Assembly: GCA_964594985.1 (NCBI GenBank)
Contig: CAZQNQ010000018.1
Span: 22,548 to 86,547 of the forward strand
Reading direction: 5' to 3'
DNA length: 64,000 nt
DNA from: an uncultured Bifidobacterium sp.
Lineage (GTDB): Bacteria > Verrucomicrobiota > Verrucomicrobiia > Limisphaerales > JADLHS01
Positions within the stretch are counted from its first letter, which is position 1. Each line of letters begins with the position of its first letter. Shown piece after piece: positions 51,260 through 60,429 of this stretch. The translations under genes were made by a program, and so were the position numbers. The notes beneath the pieces are model-generated. The model had not been told where the DNA came from. It ran no database searches and worked only from the letters and a program-made list of their open reading frames with translations.

Positions 51260-51847
51260 TTACACCGATGGCTTTTCCAGAGCAGGCAACGAAGGGAGCA
51301 ACGGTCTGCCGGTAGATGGATACTTTGTGGTTTTTGCGTCCTTCGATTCAAGGCCGGTCTGGTGATTCTTGATCCAATGCCGGACGGCCTGCGTCAGTTC
51401 TTGAATTTTCTGCTCATCGAGTGCCGCAACGGTGCGCGGATCGTAAATGGCGTTCTCCAGCGTTGCGCCCAAGCCGTTACTAAAAGCGGCATTCGATCCG
51501 GTGTGATCCAGAAACTCAAACCAGGGCTTCCCTGTGAGGGTGGCGACCTGTTCACGTGGGAAAGCCGTAAGCGCGACACGTTTCAAAAGTTCGGAAAGCG
51601 CAAGCATTGTGGCGGCGCGTTGATCTTGGATTTTCAAAGCTGTCTCCAATCGGGCGAGTTCGGGCAAGGCTTCGCGCCGATAACGGTTGTGTTGCCAGCG
51701 GATGAAACTCTTGAGCGCGAAGGCGACCAGGAAAATTAAAGCGAAAGCCATCACCCAATACCAGCCTGACGCGGGCGGCCACCAGGACACAGGCGCGGGC
51801 CCGAGGATGTCGTGCAGGCGATCCAGACTGGCGGCGTTGGTGTTCAT
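51260..51847 (-). CDS. DUF4381 domain protein
   Basis: LHDILGPAPVSWWPPASGWYWVMAFALIFLVAF is the typical DUF4381 start. Its ATG overlaps the DUF58 stop (51844-51847). Confidence 0.65.
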   Translation of the reverse strand: MNTNAASLDRLHDILGPAPVSWWPPASGWYWVMAFALIFLVAFALKSFIRWQHNRYRREALPELARLETALKIQDQRAATMLALSELLKRVALTAFPREQVATLTGKPWFEFLDHTGSNAAFSNGLGATLENAIYDPRTVAALDEQKIQELTQAVRHWIKNHQTGLESKDAKTTKYPSTGRPLLPSLPALEKPSV

Positions 51848-52812
51848 CGCAAACGCGCTCCGAGTTGATGCCGGATCTGGTCCACGACACTTTCGCTCGT
51901 GCTCAACGGAATCACAGGCGTCTCGCGATGCAGTAGAAATTTTCTGCCGGCAGCACGCTGTTCGGCGAATGTCTCGCGAAACCGCGTCCGTAAACCGCGA
52001 TCATTGGTATCCACTTCCAGTTGTTGCACGCCATCACCGAAGACAAGCGGGCCAGCGGCGGGCAGTTCAGTTTCCAGTGGATCATGCACGAACGCGAACA
52101 ACACATCGTTGTGCCGCGCGATGCGCGTGAGCAACTGGCGCGATTCCTCATCGTGTCCCGCGCCGTCGCTGATGATGCAGACGAGGCAATCATGCTTGGC
52201 CAGCCGGTCACAGCGGCGCAATACGTCGTTGAACATGCCAGGATTAGGACGGACGCCGGAGTTGAGTGACAGCGCCCGGTTTTGTTCGACAATCGTTTGA
52301 AGAATCCGCATCACCGTGGCCTGACTGCGTTGCGGCCGGATCTCAACAATTTGTGAATCGTTGAACACCAAGGCGCCGACACGGTCTTTCTGGGACAACA
52401 CGCGCCACGCGCCGAGCGCGGCCATCTCGGCGGCGGTGACGGACTTCATGTTCTTCACGCTGCCGAAAAACATGCTGGCGCGTTGGTCCACAAGCAGCAG
52501 CGTGGTGCGCTCGCGTTCCTCGGTGAAAACGCGACTGTGGGTTTTGCGCGTGCGTGCGGTGACTTTCCAATCGATCTGCCGGATGTCATCGCCGAGTTGG
52601 TAGCGCCGGATTTCCTCGAAATTCAACCCGCGCCCGCGCAACCGTGAGGCGTGTCGGCCGGAGAGGAGTGATTGAATGGGTTGACGGGGAAGAAAACTGA
52701 AACCGTGCGCACGATGCTGCAAAGCAACCAAGTCACCCAAACTGACGTAAACACCGGGAGCTTCGGTTTGAACAGAAGGACGCGAAGATAGCGAAGGCGA
52801 ACTGGAGTTCAT
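51844..52812 (-). CDS. DUF58 domain protein (MoxR-operon partner)
   Basis: ATG 52812. ...LRGRGLNFEEIRRYQLGDDIRQIDWKVTARTRKTHSRVFTEERERTTLLLVDQRASM is the DUF58 core. The first ~16 codons (MNSSSPSLSSRPSVQTE) come from an F-type repeat arm. The track start 53034 reads through the GxxExxY gene in another frame. Confidence 0.8.
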   Translation of the reverse strand: MNSSSPSLSSRPSVQTEAPGVYVSLGDLVALQHRAHGFSFLPRQPIQSLLSGRHASRLRGRGLNFEEIRRYQLGDDIRQIDWKVTARTRKTHSRVFTEERERTTLLLVDQRASMFFGSVKNMKSVTAAEMAALGAWRVLSQKDRVGALVFNDSQIVEIRPQRSQATVMRILQTIVEQNRALSLNSGVRPNPGMFNDVLRRCDRLAKHDCLVCIISDGAGHDEESRQLLTRIARHNDVLFAFVHDPLETELPAAGPLVFGDGVQQLEVDTNDRGLRTRFRETFAEQRAAGRKFLLHRETPVIPLSTSESVVDQIRHQLGARLR

Positions 52813-52847
52813 AACTCTTTGCTCCCTTTGCGTTCTTCTGTTTCCAC
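52765..52847 (-). repeat. F-type palindromic repeat at the GxxExxY-1 / DUF58 junction
   Basis: Minus strand: GTGGAAACAGAAGAACGCAAAGGGAGCAAAGAGTTATGAACTCCAGTTCGCCTTCGCTATCTTCGCGTCCTTCTGTTCAAACC. The loop holds TGA (52811-52809) of GxxExxY-1, overlapping ATG (52812-52810) of DUF58. Confidence 0.75.
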
Positions 52848-53309
52848 TTTCGTTCCAAACCCGCCGCCGTCTGCGCCGGGGAGGATGAGCCGATGAATCC
52901 CATCGACAAGACGGGCTTCGTGAAAGTTGATGAGCAGCCCCAGCGGCGCATTGAGGAGCTTCATGTAACTCAGCAACTGCGCTTTGTGGATGGGAAGAAC
53001 TTTTTCCACGGCTTTTAGTTCGAGGATGAGGCAATCGCCCACATACACGTCCAGCTTCAAAGGCTCATCGAAAATGAAGCCTTTGTATTCGACCGGAACA
53101 ATCAGTTGTTGTCGTGCTGGAATATTTTGCAATGACAACTCTCGCATCAAGCACTTCTCGTAAATGGATTCGACCAGGCCCGGCCCTTTCTCGCGATGCA
53201 CTTCAATCGCCGCGCCGATGACCTTGCGGCTCAACTCGTCCGCGCGTTTGAATTTTGGATGCACAGCTTGAACAGAAGAACGCAAAGATCGCGAAGGGGT
53301 CTCATTCAT
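52809..53309 (-). CDS. GxxExxY protein (PD-(D/E)XK nuclease-like fold), copy 1
   Basis: KVIGAAIEVHREKGPGLVESIYEKCLMREL (G-x-x-E-x-x-Y) and D...ILELKAVEKVLPIHKAQLLSYMKLLNAPLGLLINF (E-x-K). ATG 53309. The ORF is also open in-frame up to ATG 53348, which overlaps the moxR stop. Confidence 0.85.
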   Translation of the reverse strand: MNETPSRSLRSSVQAVHPKFKRADELSRKVIGAAIEVHREKGPGLVESIYEKCLMRELSLQNIPARQQLIVPVEYKGFIFDEPLKLDVYVGDCLILELKAVEKVLPIHKAQLLSYMKLLNAPLGLLINFHEARLVDGIHRLILPGADGGGFGTKVETEERKGSKEL

Positions 53310-53348
53310 CCCTTTGCGATCTTCGCTGCCTTCTGTAGAAGTCCTCAT
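53266..53348 (-). repeat. F-type palindromic repeat at the moxR / GxxExxY-1 junction (ATGA junction)
   Basis: Minus strand: ATGAGGACTTCTACAGAAGGCAGCGAAGATCGCAAAGGGATGAATGAGACCCCTTCGCGATCTTTGCGTTCTTCTGTTCAAGC. ATG 53348-53346 overlaps the moxR TGA 53347-53345. Confidence 0.75.
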
Positions 53349-54313
53349 GCGACGGCAACCTGTTTCAACACTTCATCCAAGACGGCATCCTTCGTGACGC
53401 CTTCCGCCTCGGCTTCATAAGTGAGGATCAACCGGTGCCGCAGACAGGCGTGCGCGACGGCTTTCACGTCCTCAGGCGTGGCGGTATCGCGGCCCGCCAG
53501 CCAGGCCCGGGCGCGCGCGCCGCGATCCAATGCCAGCGTGCCCCGGGGGCTCGCGCCGACCTTGAGCCACTGCGAGAGCTTTGAGCCCTTGAAGTCAGCC
53601 GGACGGCGCGTGGCGGCGACCAAAGCCACAATGTATTTCTCCACCGCTTCGGCAACCTGCACGGCGAGCACTTCCTTCCGCGCATCAAAAACCGTCTGCG
53701 CCGCGATCTTGCCGTTGTCTTGGCCTTTTGTATCCGCATCTTCGCCACGAACCAGACGCAGGATTTTCTTTTCATCCTCGTCGTTCGAGTAACCGACAAA
53801 GACGTGCAGGAGAAAGCGGTCCATCTGCGCCTCGGGCAACGGATACGTGCCTTCCTGTTCGATGGGATTTTGCGTGGCCATGACGAGAAACAGCTCCGGC
53901 AGCTTGTGCGTTTTGCCGGCGATGGTGACCTGACGTTCCTCCATTGCTTCGAGCAACGCCGCCTGGGCCTTGGCGGGAGCGCGATTGATTTCGTCAGCGA
54001 GAATGAGGTTGCCGAACACCGGCCCTTGCTGGAATTGGAATTTTCCGCCGGCCGCTTCGCCGGTGTAAATCTCCGTCCCGGTGATGTCGCTGGGCAGCAG
54101 GTCCGGCGTGAACTGGATGCGACTGAACTCGCTCTCCAGATTGGCGGCCAGCGTCTTGATGGTGCGCGTCTTGGCGAGGCCGGGCAAACCTTCCATCAAC
54201 ACATGCCCGTTGGCGAGCAGCGCGATGAGTAACTGGTCAATGACTTCGTCCTGGCCGATGACGGCGGCGGCGATGCGTTTCTTGAGGTCGAGGATCTGGT
54301 CGCGAGTGGTCAT
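53345..54313 (-). CDS. MoxR-family AAA+ ATPase
   Basis: VIGQDEVIDQLLIALLANGHVLMEGLPGLAKT (Walker A), LILADEINRAPAKAQAALLEAMEE (Walker B/sensor), GASPRG. Confidence 0.92.
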   Translation of the reverse strand: MTTRDQILDLKKRIAAAVIGQDEVIDQLLIALLANGHVLMEGLPGLAKTRTIKTLAANLESEFSRIQFTPDLLPSDITGTEIYTGEAAGGKFQFQQGPVFGNLILADEINRAPAKAQAALLEAMEERQVTIAGKTHKLPELFLVMATQNPIEQEGTYPLPEAQMDRFLLHVFVGYSNDEDEKKILRLVRGEDADTKGQDNGKIAAQTVFDARKEVLAVQVAEAVEKYIVALVAATRRPADFKGSKLSQWLKVGASPRGTLALDRGARARAWLAGRDTATPEDVKAVAHACLRHRLILTYEAEAEGVTKDAVLDEVLKQVAVA

Positions 54314-54421
54314 ATTCGTAATGTGCAGCTCAGGGGCTGGCTTCCTGTTTTTAGTTGGAGAGGGGGACTCTTACGAGCCCCCCTCATGGTTTCATGTGGA
54401 AACCGAAACGGACGTTCTTGA

Positions 54422-56023
54422 TTACCGCGTCTTGAGCGACTCAAGTTTCTTCAACCGATCAAGGGCAGCTTCCTTTTGCAGCATCCCATAGTTGATGCCG
54501 CTGGGGTTGAGCGTCGAGCCGGTCTGAAACGGATACTGATCGAAGTCGGCGAAAAACTCTTTGATCTGCTGCTGGATGGGGACAAGCAACCACATCTGTT
54601 GGCCAAAGAATTTCATGGCTTCGCCACCTTCCTTGAGTCCCCGTTCATAGGGGTCCATGCGCAGATTGGTGATCATCGCCCACGAGGTCACTTCCCGCGT
54701 GGCCGTGGCGATATTGCCTTCGCTGGCGACGGCGAAGCTGACCTTCCAGTCGTTCCAGCGAACGGCGTTGAGATTGCCCCCTTGATCGAAGTAGAAGAGC
54801 CGTTCGCGGGGACCGGCCTTTTCCTTGCCCTGGAAGTACGGCAGGAAATTATAGCCATCGAGATGCACCTTGAACTGCTTGCCGTGGAACGTGGCGCCCT
54901 TGGCCAGTTGTTCTTTGACATCCGGCACCCCCGCCGCCGCCAGCAACGTCGGGAACCAATCGAGGTTGGAGATCATGTCGTTGTAAACCGTGCCGGGCTT
55001 GATCACCCCGGGCCAGCGGATCATCATCGGAATGCGGAAACCGCCTTCCCAAGTCGTGCCCTTCTCACCGCGGAACATCGTCATGGCGCCGTCGGGCCAC
55101 AGCGCGATCTCCGCACCGTTGTCGGTGCTGTAGATCACGATGGTGTTATCGGCGATCTTCAACTCGTCGAGCAAATTGAGTAGTTCGCCCACCATCCCGT
55201 CGTGCTCAACCATGCCGTCGGCATGGATGCCCTTGCCCGTCTTGCCGACCGACTCCTTCTTGAGATGCGTGAAGACGTGCATGCGGGTGGCATTAAACCA
55301 CATGAAGAACGGCTTGTTCGCCTTGGTCTGGCGTTGGATGAAATCCTTGCCAGCGGCGAGGAACTCTTCATCCACTGTCTCCATGCGCTTTGAATTAAGT
55401 GGTCCGGTGTCTTCGATCTTGCCGTCGGCGGTGGATTTGATGACGCCGCGCGGACCAAACTTCTTTTTGAATTCCGGATCTTTCGGATAGAAGTAACCTT
55501 CCGGCTCCTCCTCCGCGTTGAGGTGATAGAGGTTGCCAAAGAATTCATCGAAGCCGTGCTTGGTCGGCAGATGCTTGTCCTGATCGCCGAGGTGATTCTT
55601 GCCGAATTGTCCGGTCGCGTAACCCTGCTGCTTCATCGCGTCGGCAATCGTCGGCATCCACTCGGTGATGCCGTGGTCATCCCCCGGCATGCCGATGGTC
55701 AACAGGCCGGTACGGAACGGCTCCTGCCCGAGGATGAAACTGGCGCGGCCCGCCGTGCAACTTTGTTGCCCGTACGCGTCGGTGAACAACGCGCCTTCCC
55801 GGGCGAGGCGATCAATGTTCGGCGTCTTGTAACCCATCAAGCCCATCGTGTAAGCGCTGATTTGCGGGATGCCAATGTCATCGCCCCAGATGACGAGGAT
55901 GTTGGGTTTCTTGGCTGGCGTCTGGGCTTGCGCATTGGCGGTAGCGATGACACAGGCAACGATCGCAGTCGTAATAACATGAAGTCTTCGCACCCAGCCG
56001 TTGGTCAGTATTGGTATTTTCAT
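54422..56023 (-). CDS. Arylsulfatase (type I sulfatase family), secreted
   Basis: KKPNILVIWGDDIG...YGQQSCTAGRASFILGQEPFRTGL (C-x-A-x-R variant of the formylglycine motif), GKNHLGD, TDNGAE. Confidence 0.85.
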   Translation of the reverse strand: MKIPILTNGWVRRLHVITTAIVACVIATANAQAQTPAKKPNILVIWGDDIGIPQISAYTMGLMGYKTPNIDRLAREGALFTDAYGQQSCTAGRASFILGQEPFRTGLLTIGMPGDDHGITEWMPTIADAMKQQGYATGQFGKNHLGDQDKHLPTKHGFDEFFGNLYHLNAEEEPEGYFYPKDPEFKKKFGPRGVIKSTADGKIEDTGPLNSKRMETVDEEFLAAGKDFIQRQTKANKPFFMWFNATRMHVFTHLKKESVGKTGKGIHADGMVEHDGMVGELLNLLDELKIADNTIVIYSTDNGAEIALWPDGAMTMFRGEKGTTWEGGFRIPMMIRWPGVIKPGTVYNDMISNLDWFPTLLAAAGVPDVKEQLAKGATFHGKQFKVHLDGYNFLPYFQGKEKAGPRERLFYFDQGGNLNAVRWNDWKVSFAVASEGNIATATREVTSWAMITNLRMDPYERGLKEGGEAMKFFGQQMWLLVPIQQQIKEFFADFDQYPFQTGSTLNPSGINYGMLQKEAALDRLKKLESLKTR

Positions 56024-56074
56024 AATGGTGGTTCCGATGCTTGTTTATTTGCGGCTCATGAAATGTCTCGTGCG

Positions 56075-57646
56075 TTACTTGCCTTTATTACCCGCTTCCA
56101 GCTTCTCGATGACCTGATCAATCGAGAAGCTCGCAGGCTTCTGCCGGGGCGGGAATTCCTTGTAAGTGGCAAGGTAGGCCCCGACCTTTTCTGCCGAAGG
56201 CAACACCAGATAGGCATGTTTCATGAACCAAGCCTCCCAATTGGCTGAGGCGTCCCAGGCGTATTCGTAGGGGTCGGACTTGAGATCAATGACGATCGGC
56301 GCCCGCAGGCTCGTGAGCGGCATGCGCCACACCGCCATGCCCGTGGCGAGTTGCACCGTGTAATGAAATTTGAAGCGATCATCCCGATACGCGAGCAGGT
56401 CGCCGTCATCGCTGAAGTAAAAATACTCGTGCCGGGCGCTGGTCTTGGACTGGCCGGTGAGATAAGGCACCTGATTATATCCATCCAGATGGACTTTGAA
56501 GGTCTTGTCACCGGCTTTGACGCCTTTGGTGGCATTCTCGCGCAGATTGGCATCGCCGCCCGCCGCCGCGACCAGGGTCGGCAGCCAGTCTTCCGCCGAG
56601 AACAGCTCCGTGAAATTTGAGCCGGGTTTGACCTTTCCGGGCCAACGGATCAAGGCGGGAACGCGAACCGCGCCCTCCCAACCGGTATCCTTCTCCGAAC
56701 GGAACGGCGAAGCGCCCCCATCGGGCCATTGATTCTTCATCGCGCCGTTGTCGGTTGTATAGATGACGATGGTGTTGTCGGCGATCTTGAGATCATCCAG
56801 CAATTTGAGCAGTTCTCCGACCTGACCGTCATGCTCGGTCATGCCGTCAGCTTGCGTGCCCAAGCCCGTCTTGCCGGCGGATGCCGGCTTGAGATGCGTA
56901 AAGATGTGCATCCGCGTCGAGTTGAACCAGCAGAAGAACGGCTTGCCCGATTTATTCTGGCGTTCGATGAAATCCTTCGCCGCTGCCATGAATTCCTCGT
57001 CCACCGTCTCCATGCGCTTCTTGGTGAGCGGTCCGGTGTCCTCGACTTTGCCATCCGCCGTCGCTTTGAGCACGCCGCGCGGACCAAACTTTTTCTTGAA
57101 CTCCGGGTCTTTGGGATAATCCTCATTCTCGGGTTCTTCCTCGGCATTCAGGTGATACAGATTGCCGAAGAATTCGTCGAAACCGTGCTTCGTCGGCAGG
57201 AACTCATCTCGGTCACCCAGATGGTTCTTTCCGAACTGTCCGGTTGCGTAGCCCAACGGCTTCAAAAATTCCGCGATCGTCGGGTCCTCCTTCTGAATAC
57301 CGATGGGCGAACCCGGCAGGCCCACCTTCGTCAGGCCGGTGCGGAACGGACATTGTCCGGTGATGAACGCCGCGCGTCCAGCGGTGCAACTTTGCTGGCC
57401 ATAATAGGTGACAAACACCCCGCCCTCGTTGCCGATGCGGTCAATGTTCGGCGTCGTGAATCCCATCAGGCCACGGCTGTAGGCACTGATGTTCGCTTGA
57501 CCGATATCATCGCCAAAAATGACGAGGATATTGGGTTTCTTGGTTTGCGCTTGGGCAACGGAGAAGCCAGCCCCGGCGAACGACAGTGCCAGGACAGCGA
57601 CGCCAAACTTTGGTAGCAAGCCACGGAGGGAGTTTGGTATTTTCAT
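56075..57646 (-). CDS. Arylsulfatase (type I sulfatase family), secreted, paralog
   Basis: KKPNILVIFGDDIG...YGQQSCTAGRAAFITGQCPFRTGL, GKNHLGD, TDNGAM. Confidence 0.85.
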   Translation of the reverse strand: MKIPNSLRGLLPKFGVAVLALSFAGAGFSVAQAQTKKPNILVIFGDDIGQANISAYSRGLMGFTTPNIDRIGNEGGVFVTYYGQQSCTAGRAAFITGQCPFRTGLTKVGLPGSPIGIQKEDPTIAEFLKPLGYATGQFGKNHLGDRDEFLPTKHGFDEFFGNLYHLNAEEEPENEDYPKDPEFKKKFGPRGVLKATADGKVEDTGPLTKKRMETVDEEFMAAAKDFIERQNKSGKPFFCWFNSTRMHIFTHLKPASAGKTGLGTQADGMTEHDGQVGELLKLLDDLKIADNTIVIYTTDNGAMKNQWPDGGASPFRSEKDTGWEGAVRVPALIRWPGKVKPGSNFTELFSAEDWLPTLVAAAGGDANLRENATKGVKAGDKTFKVHLDGYNQVPYLTGQSKTSARHEYFYFSDDGDLLAYRDDRFKFHYTVQLATGMAVWRMPLTSLRAPIVIDLKSDPYEYAWDASANWEAWFMKHAYLVLPSAEKVGAYLATYKEFPPRQKPASFSIDQVIEKLEAGNKGK

Positions 57647-57901
57647 AGTCTTCTACTTTTTGTTTAGTCTGGTCCGCAACCGAAGATTTCATCCCCCTTT
57701 GCGGACTGAGAGGGGACGAAAACTGATAAAGAACGTAAGTGAACTCGATTTGAAATCCAACTAAGATTCTGGAAATCAGGTGACTCTTAAAGACTGCAAT
57801 GCAATAGATTGGACTCTTGGCTCAATTCGTTAATACAAGCACGACTCAGAAAATTTCGATGTCGGCGTGGTCTTCGTCCGTGGACAGAATTGAACTTCTG
57901 A

Positions 57902-59059
57902 TCAATTTCTAACCAACCCGGGACAACGATCCAGTCGCGCCTCAATCTCACCCAGCATGGCCCGATAGCGAGGAGCACCGACGCCGCCAAAATCCCGCCG
58001 GAACTCTTCCACGGTCAAACTCTCCGGCAGATCGTTAATCTCCGGGAAAAAATCCGCCGTCGTAAAACCGGTCCGCAACCGGGATTGCGAAGCCATCGCC
58101 GCATCGAACGAGTCGGTGGTCGCCGCCGCGAAGCGCACGCCGGCGCGATCCGCCGCCAGGTCGCCGAACGAAAACCCGCTGCCATGCGCCAACGCATCAA
58201 GTTCCTCCTTCAGCAACCCGCCCGCGTCACTCAAAAATGGGTCCTCCACCACCGCCAGGGCCGCGCTCAGACAAAAATGCCGCGCCCAATCCTCCCGCCC
58301 GGCCAGTTTCGTTCCCGCCCGGGCCGCGACGGCCTCTCGAACCAATTCACTGTCCCGCTTCAACCCGGCGTACCGCGCCAGGCGCTCGTGCCCGATGACG
58401 ATTCCCAAGGCCAGGATGGCGGCGCGATTCTGGGTCAACGTATCGAATTGCGGCGCGGCATCCGGCAGCGGCGTGAATACAACCTGCATCAGGACCGCGA
58501 AGCGTTGTTCGCCCGCGTTGGACCATTGCGGAGAGGCCGCAACAATGCGTTGTAATTGCATTTCCGTGGCGCGGCTCAATCCCGTCGCTTGCCCCGGCCA
58601 GCTCGCCCACCCCAGACCGAGCAACAGCAACCCGATCGCCGCCACCGTCACCCGCCAGCCGTGCTGCCGGAACAACAGTCCCGCCACGACGCCGAGCGTA
58701 CAGGCCGACACCGGCACGATGATATTGGCGAGCATCGGCCAATGCCCCAGTTTCGCCACCCGGATGAGCAGCGCCACCCCGACGACGACCACCGGCAGCA
58801 GCACCAAGCGCAACCAGCGCGCCAGCGGCTTCTCTCCCGGACCGACGGCGAACGCGGTGATCGCTCCCAAGGAACCATACAACGTCGTCTGTAATCCCAC
58901 GACGCAGAGAAAATAGGCGACCTTCCAACTCAATCCCAGTGAAGCATGGACCGCTTGCGCAAGCCCGAGTGGCGGCAACAATGGCGCGGGCAACAATACC
59001 AACGCCAGGAGCGCCACCCCGACGGCCACCCTGCTCTTGGTACTCGCAAACATGGCCAC
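57902..59059 (-). CDS. Hypothetical polytopic membrane protein with C-terminal soluble domain
   Basis: The track start 59059 is GTG; an ATG lies at 59053. About 5 TM helices in the first ~170 aa (e.g. VAYFLCVVGLQTTLYGSLGAITAF, LRLVLLPVVVVGVALLI). No family recognised. Confidence 0.5.
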   Translation of the reverse strand: MAMFASTKSRVAVGVALLALVLLPAPLLPPLGLAQAVHASLGLSWKVAYFLCVVGLQTTLYGSLGAITAFAVGPGEKPLARWLRLVLLPVVVVGVALLIRVAKLGHWPMLANIIVPVSACTLGVVAGLLFRQHGWRVTVAAIGLLLLGLGWASWPGQATGLSRATEMQLQRIVAASPQWSNAGEQRFAVLMQVVFTPLPDAAPQFDTLTQNRAAILALGIVIGHERLARYAGLKRDSELVREAVAARAGTKLAGREDWARHFCLSAALAVVEDPFLSDAGGLLKEELDALAHGSGFSFGDLAADRAGVRFAAATTDSFDAAMASQSRLRTGFTTADFFPEINDLPESLTVEEFRRDFGGVGAPRYRAMLGEIEARLDRCPGLVRN

Positions 59060-59070
59060 AGGGTCTCAGT

Positions 59071-59862
59071 TCAGACGGGTTGCAGCCGCTTTCGGACTGC
59101 CGTCGGCAGACTCCGCACCACCAGCCCCACCGCTTCCTCGGGCGAATCGGTGACGTGGCCAAATCCGATCTCTTCCTTGGCGAACACGCCGGCCTTCATC
59201 ATCTCCTGCCCCCATTCGCGCAGGCCTTTCCAAAAAGCCGACCCCATCAGGATGACGGGGAACGGCCCGATCTTCCGGCATTGCACCAGCGTCGCCGCTT
59301 CGAAGAGTTCGTCCAGCGTGCCCAAGCCGCCGGGCATGACGATGAACGCGCACGAGTATTTCACCAGACAGACTTTGCGCGTGAAGAAATAATGGAACTC
59401 GAGGCTGCGATCCACGTAGGGATTCTCCGCCTGCTCATGCGGCAGGATGATGTTCAATCCGTAACTCTTGCCGCCGGTCTCATGCGCGCCGCGATTCGCC
59501 GCCTCCATGATGCCCGGCCCGCCGCCGGTCAACGTGGCGAAGCCCGCCTTGGCGAGTTCCGAGCCGACCGCGCGAGCGAGCTTGTAATAGGGATGCGTCT
59601 CCTTGAAACGCGCCGACCCGAACACCGTCACAGCCGGGCCGACCTGATAGAAAGTCTTGAACGCGCGCTCGAACTCCTGATTGATGCGTTTGAGCCGGGC
59701 GCGTTCCTTCTGCGGCGTGCGGGCGTGGCCCAGGAATTCCTGTTCCGCGCCGGCGGGCAATTCGTAGCCGGGCAACCCGACCTTGCTCCAATGCTTCTGC
59801 CAACTGCGTTCCCATTCCCCCAGCGTTGGCTGCTGATAAGGTCGCTTGGTTGTTCGCTTCAT
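59071..59862 (-). CDS. LOG-family protein (TIGR00730 Rossmann-fold nucleotide-binding; cytokinin riboside 5'-monophosphate phosphoribohydrolase-like)
   Basis: ATG 59862. VTVFGSARFKETHPYYKLARAVGSELAKAGFATLTGGGPGIMEAANRGA...FIVMPGGLGTLDELFE (PGGxGTxxE). Confidence 0.85.
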   Translation of the reverse strand: MKRTTKRPYQQPTLGEWERSWQKHWSKVGLPGYELPAGAEQEFLGHARTPQKERARLKRINQEFERAFKTFYQVGPAVTVFGSARFKETHPYYKLARAVGSELAKAGFATLTGGGPGIMEAANRGAHETGGKSYGLNIILPHEQAENPYVDRSLEFHYFFTRKVCLVKYSCAFIVMPGGLGTLDELFEAATLVQCRKIGPFPVILMGSAFWKGLREWGQEMMKAGVFAKEEIGFGHVTDSPEEAVGLVVRSLPTAVRKRLQPV

Positions 59863-59903
59863 AATCAGTTCCCCAGCCCGGCGCGACCAGATCCCGAAAG
59901 CGC

Positions 59904-60386
59904 TTACTTCAATCGGCTGGCCACTTCGTCGAGCAAATTTTGATAAGGGCGGCTGCGCACGTTCGCCAGCTTCTGTTCCTCGGCAAAAAACGCGTCGCCC
60001 GCGTCCTTGACGATGAACGCCTGACATTGCAACCGATAGGCGCCCGCGCCGAGGTCCACCAGACTGACCTTGACCCGCACCAGCGTCTGCGCGCCATAGT
60101 GCGAACCGATCACGCCTTCGTAGGCGATGTTGGTCATGCGCGAGGCTTCCTTCTCGAAGACCAACTGACCGCCCGCGGAACCGGCCTTGTAGCCGTCCTC
60201 CTGAAACACCGCCACCGCCGTCTTGGAAATCACTTCCGGTTCCTGCCCCCGGATGATCACCGAGGCGAAACTGGCCGAGGCCGGCTTGGTGGCGCCGCAA
60301 CCCGCGCCAAACAACACCAGCAGGGCGCTCAGGAGAACCGCGCCCCGGACCGACCGTGCGGCGATAACAGCGAGATGGGATTTCAT
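59904..60386 (-). CDS. Hypothetical lipoprotein
   Basis: ATG 60386: MKSHLAVIAARSVRGAVLLSALLVLFGAGCGA (lipobox). 160 aa, no family recognised. Confidence 0.5.
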   Translation of the reverse strand: MKSHLAVIAARSVRGAVLLSALLVLFGAGCGATKPASASFASVIIRGQEPEVISKTAVAVFQEDGYKAGSAGGQLVFEKEASRMTNIAYEGVIGSHYGAQTLVRVKVSLVDLGAGAYRLQCQAFIVKDAGDAFFAEEQKLANVRSRPYQNLLDEVASRLK

Positions 60387-60429
60387 GATGATTGGGAAAC
60401 AAGATGGCTGGCGGGTGCTGCCGGACCGA

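Noticed and set aside
57647-57901. Small RNA or gene in the low-G+C gap between the arylsulfatase and the membrane protein
   Set aside because: There is only an 8-bp stem (gtccgcaa...ttgcggac, about 57681-57715) and a 67-aa ORF with no support. The evidence is not enough to call a feature.
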